Positions 1 to 9,219 of a DNA stretch of 64,000 nt are shown here, piece after piece. The number at the start of each line of letters is the position of its first letter. The first letter of the stretch is position 1. Both the position numbers and the translations under genes were made by a program. Source of the DNA: Bdellovibrio sp. ZAP7 (lineage in GTDB: Bacteria; Bdellovibrionota_B; Oligoflexia; Oligoflexales; RGVZ01); the NCBI GenBank assembly GCA_945900755.1, contig CAMDKS010000011.1, positions 5,837-69,836 of the forward strand, given 5' to 3'. The notes below the pieces were generated by a model, which saw nothing but the letters and a program-made list of their open reading frames with translations, did not search any database and was not told the DNA's origin.

Positions 1-42
1 AGCAACCTTGATTCCCCCACAAATATTTAAAGACTTCTTCAT
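1..42 (-). CDS. N-terminal fragment of an unidentified CDS running off the left edge
   Basis: ATG at 42..40 (minus strand) with GGAGG 7 nt upstream (54..50). Reads MKKSLNICGGIKVA to the edge; only 14 codons are visible. Confidence 0.25.
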   Translation of the reverse strand, partial: MKKSLNICGGIKVA

Positions 43-280
43 AAATTTTCCTCCAAAAAAAATGTTATTAACCACCTAAAAATTTATCGCTACTAAATGA
101 CAGCAAATCCGTTCCCTAGTTCACACGAGCTAAAGTGCAAGAATCGTGCCGCAGTTTTCTTTGGCCTGAAAGCTAAGCTACAGTGTAATTTTGCAAAATC
201 GATGTCGACCTATCACTGTGCCATGTCGAGCAGATTTGTGATAAATGGCGCATCAAATGTCTACAGACTATTAGCGGATC

Positions 281-844
281 CTATTTAGGAATATGAACGC
301 CATCTTCATCAAAATTACCCGCTTCTGCTTTTGAGTGACACGCCACACAATTGGATGCGGTGACAATTGATTTGCGGAGCCACACTTTGGCACCAACCTC
401 GTGGTGCTCACGTTTAAAGGCTTCTGTTTCGGACAAACTAAGTGGAGTCGTGTTCGCAGGAATGCGGCGAGTAATATTTTGATAGGAGTGAGCAGGACCG
501 CGGTCTGAGGCGTTGGCCTCAAGGAATTTTGATAATTTGTCGACCTCCGGCTGGGTCATCTCTGCGTTTTCTCCAAAGTGATTTTTCAGTCCAGCTAACA
601 CAGCCTTCCAAGACCGTGATGGTAATAGCCACGGCGGATAAAGCATGTGACAACTTGAGCACTCCGCTTTGTAAAGAGGATCCTCGGCTGCGGGGGCCGT
701 TGATGCCGAGGCTCGGGACTTGTGCTCGCGTTTACCATCGTCGTCGTCATCAGCAAGAGCCATGCTCGTCCACAGGGTCAAGCTCGCTGACAGCACAATC
801 AAAAAAGCAGATAAAAATCTTGGATCGAATGTTTTTTTCGTCAT
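281..844 (-). CDS. periplasmic dihaem c-type cytochrome (DUF1924-like)
   Basis: Two CxxCH motifs (CSSCH, CVACH). The internal ATG at 844 gives a signal-like N-terminus, MTKKTFDPRFLSAFLIVLSASLTLWTSMALA. The ORF-track start at 910 adds 22 non-signal residues. Confidence 0.75.
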   Translation of the reverse strand: MTKKTFDPRFLSAFLIVLSASLTLWTSMALADDDDDGKREHKSRASASTAPAAEDPLYKAECSSCHMLYPPWLLPSRSWKAVLAGLKNHFGENAEMTQPEVDKLSKFLEANASDRGPAHSYQNITRRIPANTTPLSLSETEAFKREHHEVGAKVWLRKSIVTASNCVACHSKAEAGNFDEDGVHIPK

Positions 845-1020
845 GAAATTGTCGTCCTTGCGTGAATGATAACAGTCCCCATTCTCAATTAAAAACATGA
901 TGGGCGTCATTGGGTGAATTGTCCAGCTGAAAAGTCACTGTTGAGGGCTGGTGAAAATGACAATTAAACTATCAGTGCAACCAACGGTGCCGAAGGTGAG
1001 TTCCGACATTGCATTTTACT

Positions 1021-1036
1021 TGGCATGTGTTTTGCT
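1021..1036 (+). promoter_or_regulatory. sigma-54 (-24/-12) type promoter upstream of hemN
   Basis: TGGCATGTGTTTTGCT compared with consensus TGGCACG-N4-TTGCW: GG and GC are at the correct spacing and there is one -24 mismatch (C to T). Lies about 70 nt upstream of ATG 1108. Confidence 0.45.
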
Positions 1037-1107
1037 TATCAATAGCTGATTAGATTTTTTTTTTGTTTAGGCTCAGGATTTGGGAGGTTGTTTTGCTAAG
1101 GGACTCA

Positions 1108-2532
1108 ATGGCCAAATCTGGCAATAGCTCGATGGATAGGCTGTTATATCATAGGTTTGCTAAATTAAGTTTGCCGCGTCATACGTCTTACCCTGCGGTT
1201 CCATTTTGGTCCAACCGTGTGGATCATAGTGTCATTTCACACAGGATTGGGCAATTGGCTCATGGAAATCTGCCGACTTCGTTCTATGTGCATGTTCCCT
1301 TTTGTGAACGACTTTGCCATTATTGTGCCTGCAATAAATTGGTCATCGGTCGGGGTAATGCCGAGGCCGATAAGTATGCTCGACGCTTCATTGATGGTCT
1401 AGAGCAAGAGCTGAAATGGGTCAACGCGCAGTCGAACGGTAAACGCTGGAACGTCCACCAAATCCACTGGGGCGGCGGCACCCCTACCTGGCTTGGCGTT
1501 GAAGAAATAGCGGAAGTTTGGGCTCTGCTGACTGAGCATATGAGCATTGCAGCAGACGCCGAGATTAGCATTGAACTTGATCCACGTGTGACTAGTAGCG
1601 AGCAACTTCAATTACTTCGCAAGCTGGGTTTTAATCGTGTGAGTTTGGGAGTGCAGGATTTTGATTCAAATGTGCAGCAAGCGATCCAGAGAATTCAGCC
1701 GGCAGAAATGGTTGAGAGTTTTGTTAGAGAGTGCCGTCAGCTTGGATTCAAGAGTATAAATTTCGACTTGATTTATGGCCTTCCCATGCAAACCCTAGAA
1801 AGTATGGAGCGCACTCTCTCACGGGTTGTCGAGATGTCGCCGGATAGAATCGCTTTTTACCGACTTGCCATGTTGCCGGACGCCTATAAGTGGCAACGTA
1901 CGTTCAAGGCGGTGGATATTCCAAGCAATGAATTGGTGCTGGATTTTATGCTGCGTGCCGTGGATGTTTTTGGGACAAACGGTTGGGACTTTATTGGGCT
2001 TGATCACTTTGCCAAAAAAACCGACGAACTATCTGTCGCCTACCGTGCAGGAACCCTTCGCCGCTCGTTCCAGGGCATGACCACGGGCGCCGAATTGCCG
2101 GTCATTGGCGTAGGTCCATCAGCCATCTCATGCCTTGGAGATCTATTTGCGCAAAACGAGACGCAATTTCCATTGTGGGCAAACCTTGTGAACGCAAGGG
2201 GCTGTGCCACCGTAAAGGGTCACCAACTCTCGGTCGATGACAGCATTCGGCAGTCGGTTCTGAATCAATTGTATTGCTACCGATACATTGATAAACAAAA
2301 ATTTCATGGACAGCACAATTTGAATTTTGACGAATACTTTGCTTCCGCCACGGAGGCTTGGCTGGAGATGGAGGGGATTGGTCTAATAGAAAACTCGCCC
2401 AAAAGGCTAAGCTCCACACCTCTGACTGGGTGGCTGCTTTTGCGAGTTGTTGCGGCCACATTCGATGCCTACTTACCGGCTGATGGCTGGAAGAATGGCG
2501 TTTCTAGCAAAGTTGCATCGCAGGTTGGTTAA
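1108..2532 (+). CDS. hemN: oxygen-independent coproporphyrinogen III oxidase / HemN-family radical SAM enzyme
   Basis: Radical-SAM CxxxCxxC motif (CERLCHYCAC) and HemN-like length and layout. ATG 1108 is preceded by AAGGGA; the ORF-track TTG at 1063 is less likely. Confidence 0.85.
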   Translation: MAKSGNSSMDRLLYHRFAKLSLPRHTSYPAVPFWSNRVDHSVISHRIGQLAHGNLPTSFYVHVPFCERLCHYCACNKLVIGRGNAEADKYARRFIDGLEQELKWVNAQSNGKRWNVHQIHWGGGTPTWLGVEEIAEVWALLTEHMSIAADAEISIELDPRVTSSEQLQLLRKLGFNRVSLGVQDFDSNVQQAIQRIQPAEMVESFVRECRQLGFKSINFDLIYGLPMQTLESMERTLSRVVEMSPDRIAFYRLAMLPDAYKWQRTFKAVDIPSNELVLDFMLRAVDVFGTNGWDFIGLDHFAKKTDELSVAYRAGTLRRSFQGMTTGAELPVIGVGPSAISCLGDLFAQNETQFPLWANLVNARGCATVKGHQLSVDDSIRQSVLNQLYCYRYIDKQKFHGQHNLNFDEYFASATEAWLEMEGIGLIENSPKRLSSTPLTGWLLLRVVAATFDAYLPADGWKNGVSSKVASQVG

Positions 2533-2557
2533 CGAATTTTAGTCGGAGTGAATCAAT

Positions 2558-4366
2558 ATGACAAATGTACCTGGAACGACAACCGCGGAGATCAAGGCGA
2601 ACAAGGCGACACGTTGCGAGCCTGAAGCCGTAGCCCTTAAGAGTTTTTTTCTTGGGCCTCAATCTGAAAATGCCGTTTGGTTGCAATCCACGATTAGCAA
2701 TTTGCTCGTAAAGTGGTTTGATTGGCGTCAGGCAAGGCAGGTGGAGGATGGACGGGCCATTTCTTCGAAAGACCAAGCTAGCCCTGAATTTAAAAAACAG
2801 CGAAACAATATGGTTGAAGTGCTCAACGAATTATCTACAAGATTCGAAGACGAAGTTCCAAAGTATTCACCGCGATATGTTGGTCACATGTTTTCGGAGG
2901 TGGCCCTTCCCGCGATTCTAGGGCATGTGGCTGCACTACTGCACAATCCAAACACTATTTCTGGTGAATCTGCACGGGTTGGGGTTCAAATTGAAAATGA
3001 GGCCATTGAAGAATTGCTAAAGATGGTTGGGTATTCTACTACCGATGCGACGGGGCATTTTACTTCGGGTGGCACGGTTGCCAATTTTGAAGCGGTCTCA
3101 CGCGCACGTGCACGGTCGGCCTTGTGGATGGCTTCGGGTGCGGCCTTCGCAGAACTACGCGGCACCATTCCTAATCCTTGTCAGGATGCGATGATGGGTT
3201 GGGAGGCCTTTGACTTGCAGCAGGCGGAGATGAATTCCATGAACCATGCATGGCAAGCACGACTGAATGCCTGGAATTTTGAAAACATTGGCATGCACCG
3301 ATTTCTGATTCTCTTAAAAGAAATTTTTGGAGTCGACCTCGATCATCCTGTCATGCTTGTACCAAGTCATAAACATTATTCCTGGCAAAAAGCAGCCAAA
3401 TTATTTGGGTTTGGCGACGAGACTATGAAGCTGGTTCGTCTTGATTCTCGAGGACGCATGGATGTTGCACACCTGCGGGAACGAATCAAGCAGGCCACAA
3501 ATCACGGTCATCCGGTGATGATGGTGGTATCCGTGGCCGGCACGACTGAACTCGGCATCGTAGATCCGATTGAGGAAGCTTGTGCTGTGGTCAAGGAACA
3601 CGGGTTTATTTGGCATCACGTCGATGGAGCGTACGGAGGTTTTTTTGCGGCCATGGGTCAAGATAAGGGCTCTGGCATCTCTGAAGAGGTGATGGAGGCT
3701 ATGTCAGCGATCCCAGCCTCCGATTCAATCACAATAGATCCTCACAAGCTAGGTTACGTCCCATATTCTGCAGGCGTATTTATGGTGGCGCAAAAAATTA
3801 ACTACAGTCTAGTTGCCATCGATGCTCCTTACATTCAATACTCGGAGGCGGACCATGGGCCTGTGACGTTAGAAGGTAGCCGATCGGCGACGGGGTCTGC
3901 CGCTACTTGGATGGTCGCCAAAACAATTGGACTAACGCCTAAGGGGTTTGGACAAATCTTAGCAAGAAATGTACAGGCTCGTCATGTACTGCAATTCGAG
4001 CTCTCAAAAACAATCATTCCAACAAGGGTGGTGCAGACGACGGATAGCAACGTACTTTGTTTCGTGTTGGCTAGAGAAGGCGAATCTTTGTCAGTAGTTA
4101 ACGCTAGGACGCGTGAGCTTCACCGCAGCATGTCGAAGTCATCATCCAAATTTATCGTGTCGACCACGACGCTGCGCTGGCAACACTACAGTGCGTTGTG
4201 TGAGCGGTTTTCGGGGTCATGGGGGGCTGCATGTGATGTGCATGAAATTGTTTTGATTAGAATGTGCCTATTGAACCCGTTCTTTTTGTCGAAAGAGACG
4301 GCAACCTTTTATCCAGAAGCATTCGTGCGCGAAGTCAACGATATTGTCGACATAGAATGTTTGTGA
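2558..4366 (+). CDS. group II pyridoxal-phosphate-dependent decarboxylase (aromatic amino acid/glutamate decarboxylase family), long form
   Basis: PLP-lysine motif SITIDPHKLGYVPYSAG; GHFTSGGTVANFEA; HVDGAYGG. At 602 aa it is longer than typical family members. Confidence 0.8.
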   Translation: MTNVPGTTTAEIKANKATRCEPEAVALKSFFLGPQSENAVWLQSTISNLLVKWFDWRQARQVEDGRAISSKDQASPEFKKQRNNMVEVLNELSTRFEDEVPKYSPRYVGHMFSEVALPAILGHVAALLHNPNTISGESARVGVQIENEAIEELLKMVGYSTTDATGHFTSGGTVANFEAVSRARARSALWMASGAAFAELRGTIPNPCQDAMMGWEAFDLQQAEMNSMNHAWQARLNAWNFENIGMHRFLILLKEIFGVDLDHPVMLVPSHKHYSWQKAAKLFGFGDETMKLVRLDSRGRMDVAHLRERIKQATNHGHPVMMVVSVAGTTELGIVDPIEEACAVVKEHGFIWHHVDGAYGGFFAAMGQDKGSGISEEVMEAMSAIPASDSITIDPHKLGYVPYSAGVFMVAQKINYSLVAIDAPYIQYSEADHGPVTLEGSRSATGSAATWMVAKTIGLTPKGFGQILARNVQARHVLQFELSKTIIPTRVVQTTDSNVLCFVLAREGESLSVVNARTRELHRSMSKSSSKFIVSTTTLRWQHYSALCERFSGSWGAACDVHEIVLIRMCLLNPFFLSKETATFYPEAFVREVNDIVDIECL

Positions 4367-4369
4367 CTA

Positions 4370-4396
4370 AGATCTAAGGGATCTGTTTTTGTTTTT
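4370..4396 (+). terminator. weak rho-independent terminator candidate
   Basis: agatc-taagg-gatct 5-bp stem followed by GTTTTTGTTTTT, directly after the decarboxylase stop codon. Confidence 0.3.
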
Positions 4397-4506
4397 CTGT
4401 TTGAGGTTTAAATGGTACATAATATGTGAAATGGGTGGTCAATGCTCTAGAGGAAAAATTTTATTTTCAATGGATATTAGTAGGTAAACAATTAAGGGAG
4501 GCTCGT

Positions 4507-5481
4507 ATGACAAATCGATTTATGAATCCAAATGGAAAAATTCTAGTTCCGGTCAATCTTGACGAAACCGCAGCAATCAATCTGAAGGCGGCAGCACAAA
4601 TTGCGAAGCGCACGGGCCTTAAGCTTGAGATCGTTCATGTTAATGAGTATTGGGTTGGGCGTACTTGGCCAGCTGAGATGATGTTTGGTGGCCCCGTAAC
4701 CGGCATGATTTCCTCCGTTGAGGAGGATGCGATGGTGGACGCAAAGGCATCGCTTAGTTTGTTGGTAAAAAAGAATTTACCCGGAGTGGATGTCCCATGC
4801 ACAGTTCTTCTGGGCTACCCTGCCGAATGTATTCGGGCCCATGCGGTGGCGATTGGTGCAGAGTTAATAATTCTTGGCGGTACGGCGGACGACTACCGTT
4901 TTATCCCCAAAGGACTATCGACACTACTAAGTCTAATGGCAGATGCGCCATGCCCCGTGCTAGTGCTGCCAAAAGGTAAAGTTACCAATTGGGAGTCTCA
5001 AAGCCTTAAGGCTATTTTTTCAGATGATCTCCAGCCGCAGACAGAAAGTGCGGCTATGGTTGCTTATGATTGGGGTGCCGCTTTAGGAAACACTCAGTTA
5101 ACCCTTGTCCACTCCAATCAAATGTCGAAGGATTCCCTTAAAACCGCAATGACCACCGCCGCCGCCGCCTCACATACACCGACGGGAGCGATAGACGTTG
5201 ATGTGATTTGGAATGCCGCTATGAAGTCCATGGAAGAAAAGTTGCTGGCACGCGCTGCAGGCCAAAAGAAATTCCTTGAGGGGAGGGGGGGCGCCGTTAA
5301 AGCGATTGTTTTGCAGGGTCCCCCGGTCGAGTCCATACTAAATTTGGCGAACGAGACGAAGGCCGATGTCATGATTTTTGGAAGGCACAGGACGTGGCGA
5401 CGTAAGCCGTTTGCTGTAGGGCAGTTGCCATTTCACTCTATGTTGAGAAGTCAGATGCCGGTGCTAATAGCAGAGCACTAA
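4507..5481 (+). CDS. tandem universal stress protein (two Usp domains)
   Basis: Two Usp-like halves (KILVPVNLDE...LIILGG...CPVLVLP and KAIFSDD...VMIFGRH...MPVLIAE). ATG 4507 is preceded by AAGGGAGG. Confidence 0.75.
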   Translation: MTNRFMNPNGKILVPVNLDETAAINLKAAAQIAKRTGLKLEIVHVNEYWVGRTWPAEMMFGGPVTGMISSVEEDAMVDAKASLSLLVKKNLPGVDVPCTVLLGYPAECIRAHAVAIGAELIILGGTADDYRFIPKGLSTLLSLMADAPCPVLVLPKGKVTNWESQSLKAIFSDDLQPQTESAAMVAYDWGAALGNTQLTLVHSNQMSKDSLKTAMTTAAAASHTPTGAIDVDVIWNAAMKSMEEKLLARAAGQKKFLEGRGGAVKAIVLQGPPVESILNLANETKADVMIFGRHRTWRRKPFAVGQLPFHSMLRSQMPVLIAEH

Positions 5482-5498
5482 GCTTCAACGATTCCAAT

Positions 5499-5528
5499 AA
5501 AAAAGCCGGTCTTTCGACCGGCTTTTTT
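5499..5528. terminator. bidirectional rho-independent terminator between convergent genes
   Basis: AAAAAA-agccggtc-tttc-gaccggct-TTTTTT: perfect 8-bp GC-rich stem flanked by an A-run and a T-run. Confidence 0.8.
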
Positions 5529-6688
5529 CACTTGAGTTTCGAGCTAATTGATTCCAGTCGGACTTTTATAAATTCCGGAAGTCCATTTTTTGTTGTCACG
5601 CCATAAGAAGTGACCATAGACTCTTCGAGAGCATTGAAACATTTTTTGCTAAGGTCTGAGTCGCCACCCACTCGAGCACATTGCTCATAGTAGATGTCTT
5701 GTAGGGTCCAAAGATTAAAATTGCGCAAATAGAATGCCGATTCACCGGCTCTCCAAAGCATGTCTTGATAGTGGGGGCCGCCACGAACTCGTCCCAAAAC
5801 CTCATGTAAAATAGTCGAAGCCCTCATGTGCTGTACCAAAGCGCCTCCAGGTGCCACCAACGCTGCGGCGTCAGCCTCTTTCATTAGACGAACAACGGCA
5901 AGGTATTTCTGGTCGTCATTTTCCAACTTCGATTTTTTTTCATCCAGCCAACTCTTAGCTCCACGGCGCCACTCGGCAACATCGGCCTGCAGTGCAGATG
6001 GCATGGAGTCTGGGTGGTCTTGGATTCGACTGATCATTTCCAGTGTCAAGAATGGATCATTTTTCACGCGGATGGTTACGGCCAGCATCTTATGTACGGC
6101 GGTACTCCATCCCTCAGGATTCGTTTTTGCGATTGAGGTGTCGATCAGAACGATTTCGTAGGCCTTAAGTGCATCTTCAAATTGTCGGGTTGCAAGTAGA
6201 TATTCCGCCCTACTGAGAGCAGGCATTGATTTGAATGCACGGGGCAGGTTTACTTGCCCAAAATGGAGACCTTTGCCAGTTCTGGTGTGACAAGAAATGC
6301 AATAATCCGTGACGTTTCGTAAGATGCGGCGGGGCACGATGCGGTCACCCGTATTCCACATATCTATGGCATAGCGAATGTCGCCAGCAAAACGCTCGCT
6401 AATGTAGCCAATACTTGGGTCACTATCCGCAAATCTTGAGGTGTTAGCGGCCATTTTTTTAGTAAGTGTCGCCAATTTGTTCATTTGGCTAGATATCTCT
6501 TTTGCATTTTTTTTGTTTTCAAAATCGGCCTTACTCAGAACCAGTGGAAGTAAGTTGGAGACCGTCACAAAAAGTCCACCCATTTCCTCTTTTACCGGCA
6601 CTACTTTTGGTGCCTTTTTTTCAGCGCCGAAGGCAGAAAATGGGCTCGCCATAAAAAAACATAAACCCACAATAGAAAAATAAAGCAT
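5528..6688 (-). CDS. secreted protein with a single c-type haem-binding motif and a helical/TPR-like C-terminal half
   Basis: ATG 6688 is preceded by GGGAGGAGG. Signal peptide MLYFSIVGLCFFMASPFSAFGA. One CxxCH motif (CISCH). No closer family was recognised. Confidence 0.6.
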   Translation of the reverse strand: MLYFSIVGLCFFMASPFSAFGAEKKAPKVVPVKEEMGGLFVTVSNLLPLVLSKADFENKKNAKEISSQMNKLATLTKKMAANTSRFADSDPSIGYISERFAGDIRYAIDMWNTGDRIVPRRILRNVTDYCISCHTRTGKGLHFGQVNLPRAFKSMPALSRAEYLLATRQFEDALKAYEIVLIDTSIAKTNPEGWSTAVHKMLAVTIRVKNDPFLTLEMISRIQDHPDSMPSALQADVAEWRRGAKSWLDEKKSKLENDDQKYLAVVRLMKEADAAALVAPGGALVQHMRASTILHEVLGRVRGGPHYQDMLWRAGESAFYLRNFNLWTLQDIYYEQCARVGGDSDLSKKCFNALEESMVTSYGVTTKNGLPEFIKVRLESISSKLK

Positions 6689-6705
6689 CAGATCCTCCTC
6701 CCGAT

Positions 6706-6733
6706 AATATAGCATTCTGATTAAGAATAGCAA
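6706..6733 (-). promoter_or_regulatory. sigma-70-like promoter candidate for the 5528..6688 gene
   Basis: Minus strand reads TTGCTA-N16-TATATT, ending about 17 nt before the RBS and ATG. Confidence 0.3.
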
Positions 6734-6734
6734 A

Positions 6735-6764
6735 GAGGTCGAGGAAGTTGCCTGCCTCGACCTC
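6735..6764 (-). terminator. stem-loop terminator candidate after the 6791..7525 gene
   Basis: gaggtcgagg-N10-cctcgacctc, a perfect 10-bp stem. On the minus strand it is followed by TTTGCTATTCTT. Confidence 0.5.
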
Positions 6765-6790
6765 AAAACTTAAGTCTACCCTCGATGCGA

Positions 6791-7525
6791 TTAGTCAATC
6801 GAAAGGAACTGATTGACAGAATTTCCGTCTAGAACCCTGGTGTGTAGCAAGTACTCGCCAGTAGGAAGTGGTTGAGTGAATTTGGCTCGGTATTCAAAGC
6901 GATTGTTCACGGTGCCACGACACTCATCACCGTCAACGATTTTTGTTGTCGGCTGGACAACCAAAGTTCCATCACTGCCTAAAGACGTTTTGACCTCGTC
7001 AAACTTTACGCATCCAATGAGAAGGTACGGATGTTGACCCTTTAAGACCACTTCACGGCTTCCATCGGCGGCAGTTTCAAGATTTGCATAGGTTGCTGCC
7101 GCATATAAAAAATCATCTGCATCTTGACGTGTTGATTTGGCAACTCGCAGCATCGGTGTGGTAGCGTCCGGACGATCAACCACTGAGATGGTGTAACTGC
7201 CATCGGCCAAGTGACGATCAATTTCAACGCTTTTGATGAAAGGTGTCATCAACTGAATGCAAGTCGCACCATGATAATAATAGGCTTGAGCTGTGATGTT
7301 CACCTTTTTCGATACTTCATCAACGGCCGCACTTACTGGCCCCATTTTGTAGCAGCTACTAGTAAACTCACCGTGGACAATGACCTCTACTTTGTCATTG
7401 TCGTCAAATCCGGCCGGTACGAAAACTCTGTCAACTGGCGCTGTAATCAAGACGGAAGCATCAGCCATTGCCACACTCGACATTCCGATCATTCCAAAAA
7501 CCACGAGCAAATTTCTAATAATCAT
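6791..7525 (-). CDS. secreted protein built from two tandem ~90-aa two-cysteine beta-rich repeats (unknown function)
   Basis: RBS GGGGAGGA. Signal peptide MIIRNLLVVFGMIGMSSVAMADA. The two halves align by eye (VEVIVHGEF..C..K...C...G.YTI versus REVVLKGQH..C..K...C...GEYLL). Confidence 0.6.
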   Translation of the reverse strand: MIIRNLLVVFGMIGMSSVAMADASVLITAPVDRVFVPAGFDDNDKVEVIVHGEFTSSCYKMGPVSAAVDEVSKKVNITAQAYYYHGATCIQLMTPFIKSVEIDRHLADGSYTISVVDRPDATTPMLRVAKSTRQDADDFLYAAATYANLETAADGSREVVLKGQHPYLLIGCVKFDEVKTSLGSDGTLVVQPTTKIVDGDECRGTVNNRFEYRAKFTQPLPTGEYLLHTRVLDGNSVNQFLSID

Positions 7526-7626
7526 AAAATAATCCTCCCCATCCCTAGTTAATTCACACGTCAGCTTGCGAACATCCGAATGACCATCATCCGAAAACCC
7601 TTAACTAACGAACACATTACTATCGA

Positions 7627-7642
7627 TGCATAGATCGTGCCA
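7627..7642 (-). promoter_or_regulatory. sigma-54-type promoter upstream of the 6791..7525 gene
   Basis: Minus strand reads TGGCACGATCTATGCA: a perfect -24 TGGCACG and a -12 aTGCA at the correct spacing. Lies about 100 nt upstream of ATG 7525. Confidence 0.4.
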
Positions 7643-7838
7643 AGTCAAATTTCGACCTTCAAATAGGCGTGGATTAAGCCGTTTGCGGTTGAGGGCAAAA
7701 AATAGACGTCGAAATTTGTGTGTATTGAAGCAACTATGGCGCCAAGCCTGCGGTATTTCCAACAATTGCACACAGCCTTGGAACGTTGGCAAAAAAATGG
7801 ACCGTCCGTTCAAATTTTTTAATCCGTAACTCAGCTAC

Positions 7839-7964
7839 CTAGTGCTTGTTCGGAGCTCTCTGAATCAAGGCGCGAGGAGTCGGAAAGGCGGAGTTTACTT
7901 CCGGTAAATGAGCATTTTCCGGCGACAAGCAACGCCGAGTCAGGGAACTCCGAGCAAGCACTAG
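7839..7964. repeat. 17-bp inverted repeat (16/17) enclosing ~92 nt with internal hairpins, abutting the kinase stop codon
   Basis: ctagtgcttgttcggag (7839..7855) pairs with ctccgagcaagcactag (7948..7964). Internal hairpins include ccgg-t-aaat-gagc-attt-t-ccgg and cggcg/cgccg. Confidence 0.5.
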
Positions 7965-9163
7965 CGACCAACCAAATAGCTAGAAATATCCATGGGAGGC
8001 AGCGGTTTTTCAGCGCGGCGTAAGTTCAAATTCGCCGAGGCTCCCGCACTTGGACCATCGGACTCTAAAGAGATCATTCCATTCATCGAAGCGGCAAACT
8101 GGGCGCACAGCCACAGGCCGAGTCCTTTGCCACCGCGCATGGACTTAGTTGTCTCAAAGGGCAAAAACTCGGTGCGCTCCATTTTTCTGATTAAGCCGAT
8201 TCCTGTATCCACCACTCGCACTTTCCAACATGTGGGTCCATCCTCTGTAATTCTGATGGTAATGATCCCATGCTCCTTGCCGCATTCATTCATGGCGTCG
8301 ACAGCATTCAATATAAAATTAATGAGCACTTGTTTAAGGCGTATTTCATCACAATGGACCCAGTGGAGATCATTGGTGTCCGTGCGGAAATCAATTCTGT
8401 GGGGCCTTGATGTTAGACTCATCAGATCGACTACTTCTCTAATCAATTTGTTTAGACTGAGAGGTTGCAGTCGAAGGGATGATTGACCAATAAAATCATT
8501 CATATTGCGGCAGATCTGCGCTAATAGTCGAGACGACGCTGTCAATCCTTTTAGAGCCTGTTGACCCGTCTCAGACTGCCCTACGCTCGAGGTGGAAAAC
8601 GATGAGATCACTTGCTCTGCACTCACGAGAATGAGGGCCGCGAGGTTGCTTATTTCGTGATTGGCGGCCGCCAACATCCGCCCTGACATGGCGAGGCTTT
8701 CAGAGCTTTCGAGGGTTGCGCGAAGATTTTTAAAGGCCACGTAGCTGTCAATGGCGTGCTTAACCCGAATGACCAGCTCTTGATTGGCTATGGGTCTGAC
8801 GATGTAGTCAACCGCTCCGAGGGTTAGGCCTGTAATTCTATTCTCATCCTCGGGCATAACGGCTGTAATGAGCAAAACAGGAATACTTCGAATTTTTTCC
8901 ACAGAAATGGACATAGATCTTAGTAGGTCAAACCCAGTTTTGTCAGGCATCGAAATATCACTCAAAACGAGATTAAACGGACGACCCTTGCTCAACTCCG
9001 CCAGAGCCGCATCTACCGAGGAAACGCCAATGGTCTCATAGCCTTCAGCATCCATCAATGCAGCCATCAAATCAAGATTGTCTTGGACGTCGTCGACCAG
9101 CAGAATTCGATTGCACTCGACAGTGTCGGTCACAAGAATTGAATTTGAAGGGGCGGTCATCAT
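7961..9163 (-). CDS. hybrid response-regulator receiver / histidine kinase
   Basis: N-terminal REC domain (ILLVDDVQDN...LVLSDISMPDKTGFDLL...DYIVRPI). H-box-like NHEISNLAA. C-terminal HATPase_c (DTGIGL...GGKGLGLWL). Confidence 0.8.
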   Translation of the reverse strand: MMTAPSNSILVTDTVECNRILLVDDVQDNLDLMAALMDAEGYETIGVSSVDAALAELSKGRPFNLVLSDISMPDKTGFDLLRSMSISVEKIRSIPVLLITAVMPEDENRITGLTLGAVDYIVRPIANQELVIRVKHAIDSYVAFKNLRATLESSESLAMSGRMLAAANHEISNLAALILVSAEQVISSFSTSSVGQSETGQQALKGLTASSRLLAQICRNMNDFIGQSSLRLQPLSLNKLIREVVDLMSLTSRPHRIDFRTDTNDLHWVHCDEIRLKQVLINFILNAVDAMNECGKEHGIITIRITEDGPTCWKVRVVDTGIGLIRKMERTEFLPFETTKSMRGGKGLGLWLCAQFAASMNGMISLESDGPSAGASANLNLRRAEKPLPPMDISSYLVGR

Positions 9164-9219
9164 GATTTCCTTGGAATTATTTTCGAAAAAAAGCTAGTTT
9201 TCGAGCGGCAAAAAATTAA

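Noticed and set aside
97-288. 63-aa plus-strand ORF at the left end
   Set aside because: It has no RBS and no motif, and it runs into the 3' end of the convergent cytochrome gene. Probably non-coding.
1029-1043. FNR/CRP-like site (TTGAT-N4-ATCAA) upstream of hemN
   Set aside because: Only the right half-site (ATCAA) is present and the left half is essentially unmatched. It also overlaps the better-supported sigma-54 element.
1063-1107. N-terminal extensions given by the ORF track here and at 4426, 6766, 910, 14121, 17687, 26236, 31401, 41192, 43294 and 50669
   Set aside because: In each case an internal ATG or GTG with a better-placed Shine-Dalgarno gives a sensible N-terminus (signal peptide, lipobox or domain start). 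The extension adds unrelated residues or overlaps a neighbouring gene.
7601-7829. Two overlapping ORFs (70 aa minus, 67 aa plus) in the 430-bp intergenic region
   Set aside because: They mutually overlap, the products are Arg-rich and odd in composition, and neither has an RBS. A promoter (sigma-54-like) and a structured element explain the region better.
7992-8486. 164-aa plus-strand ORF
   Set aside because: It is antisense to the hybrid kinase gene, which has REC and HATPase motifs. No RBS or motif supports it.
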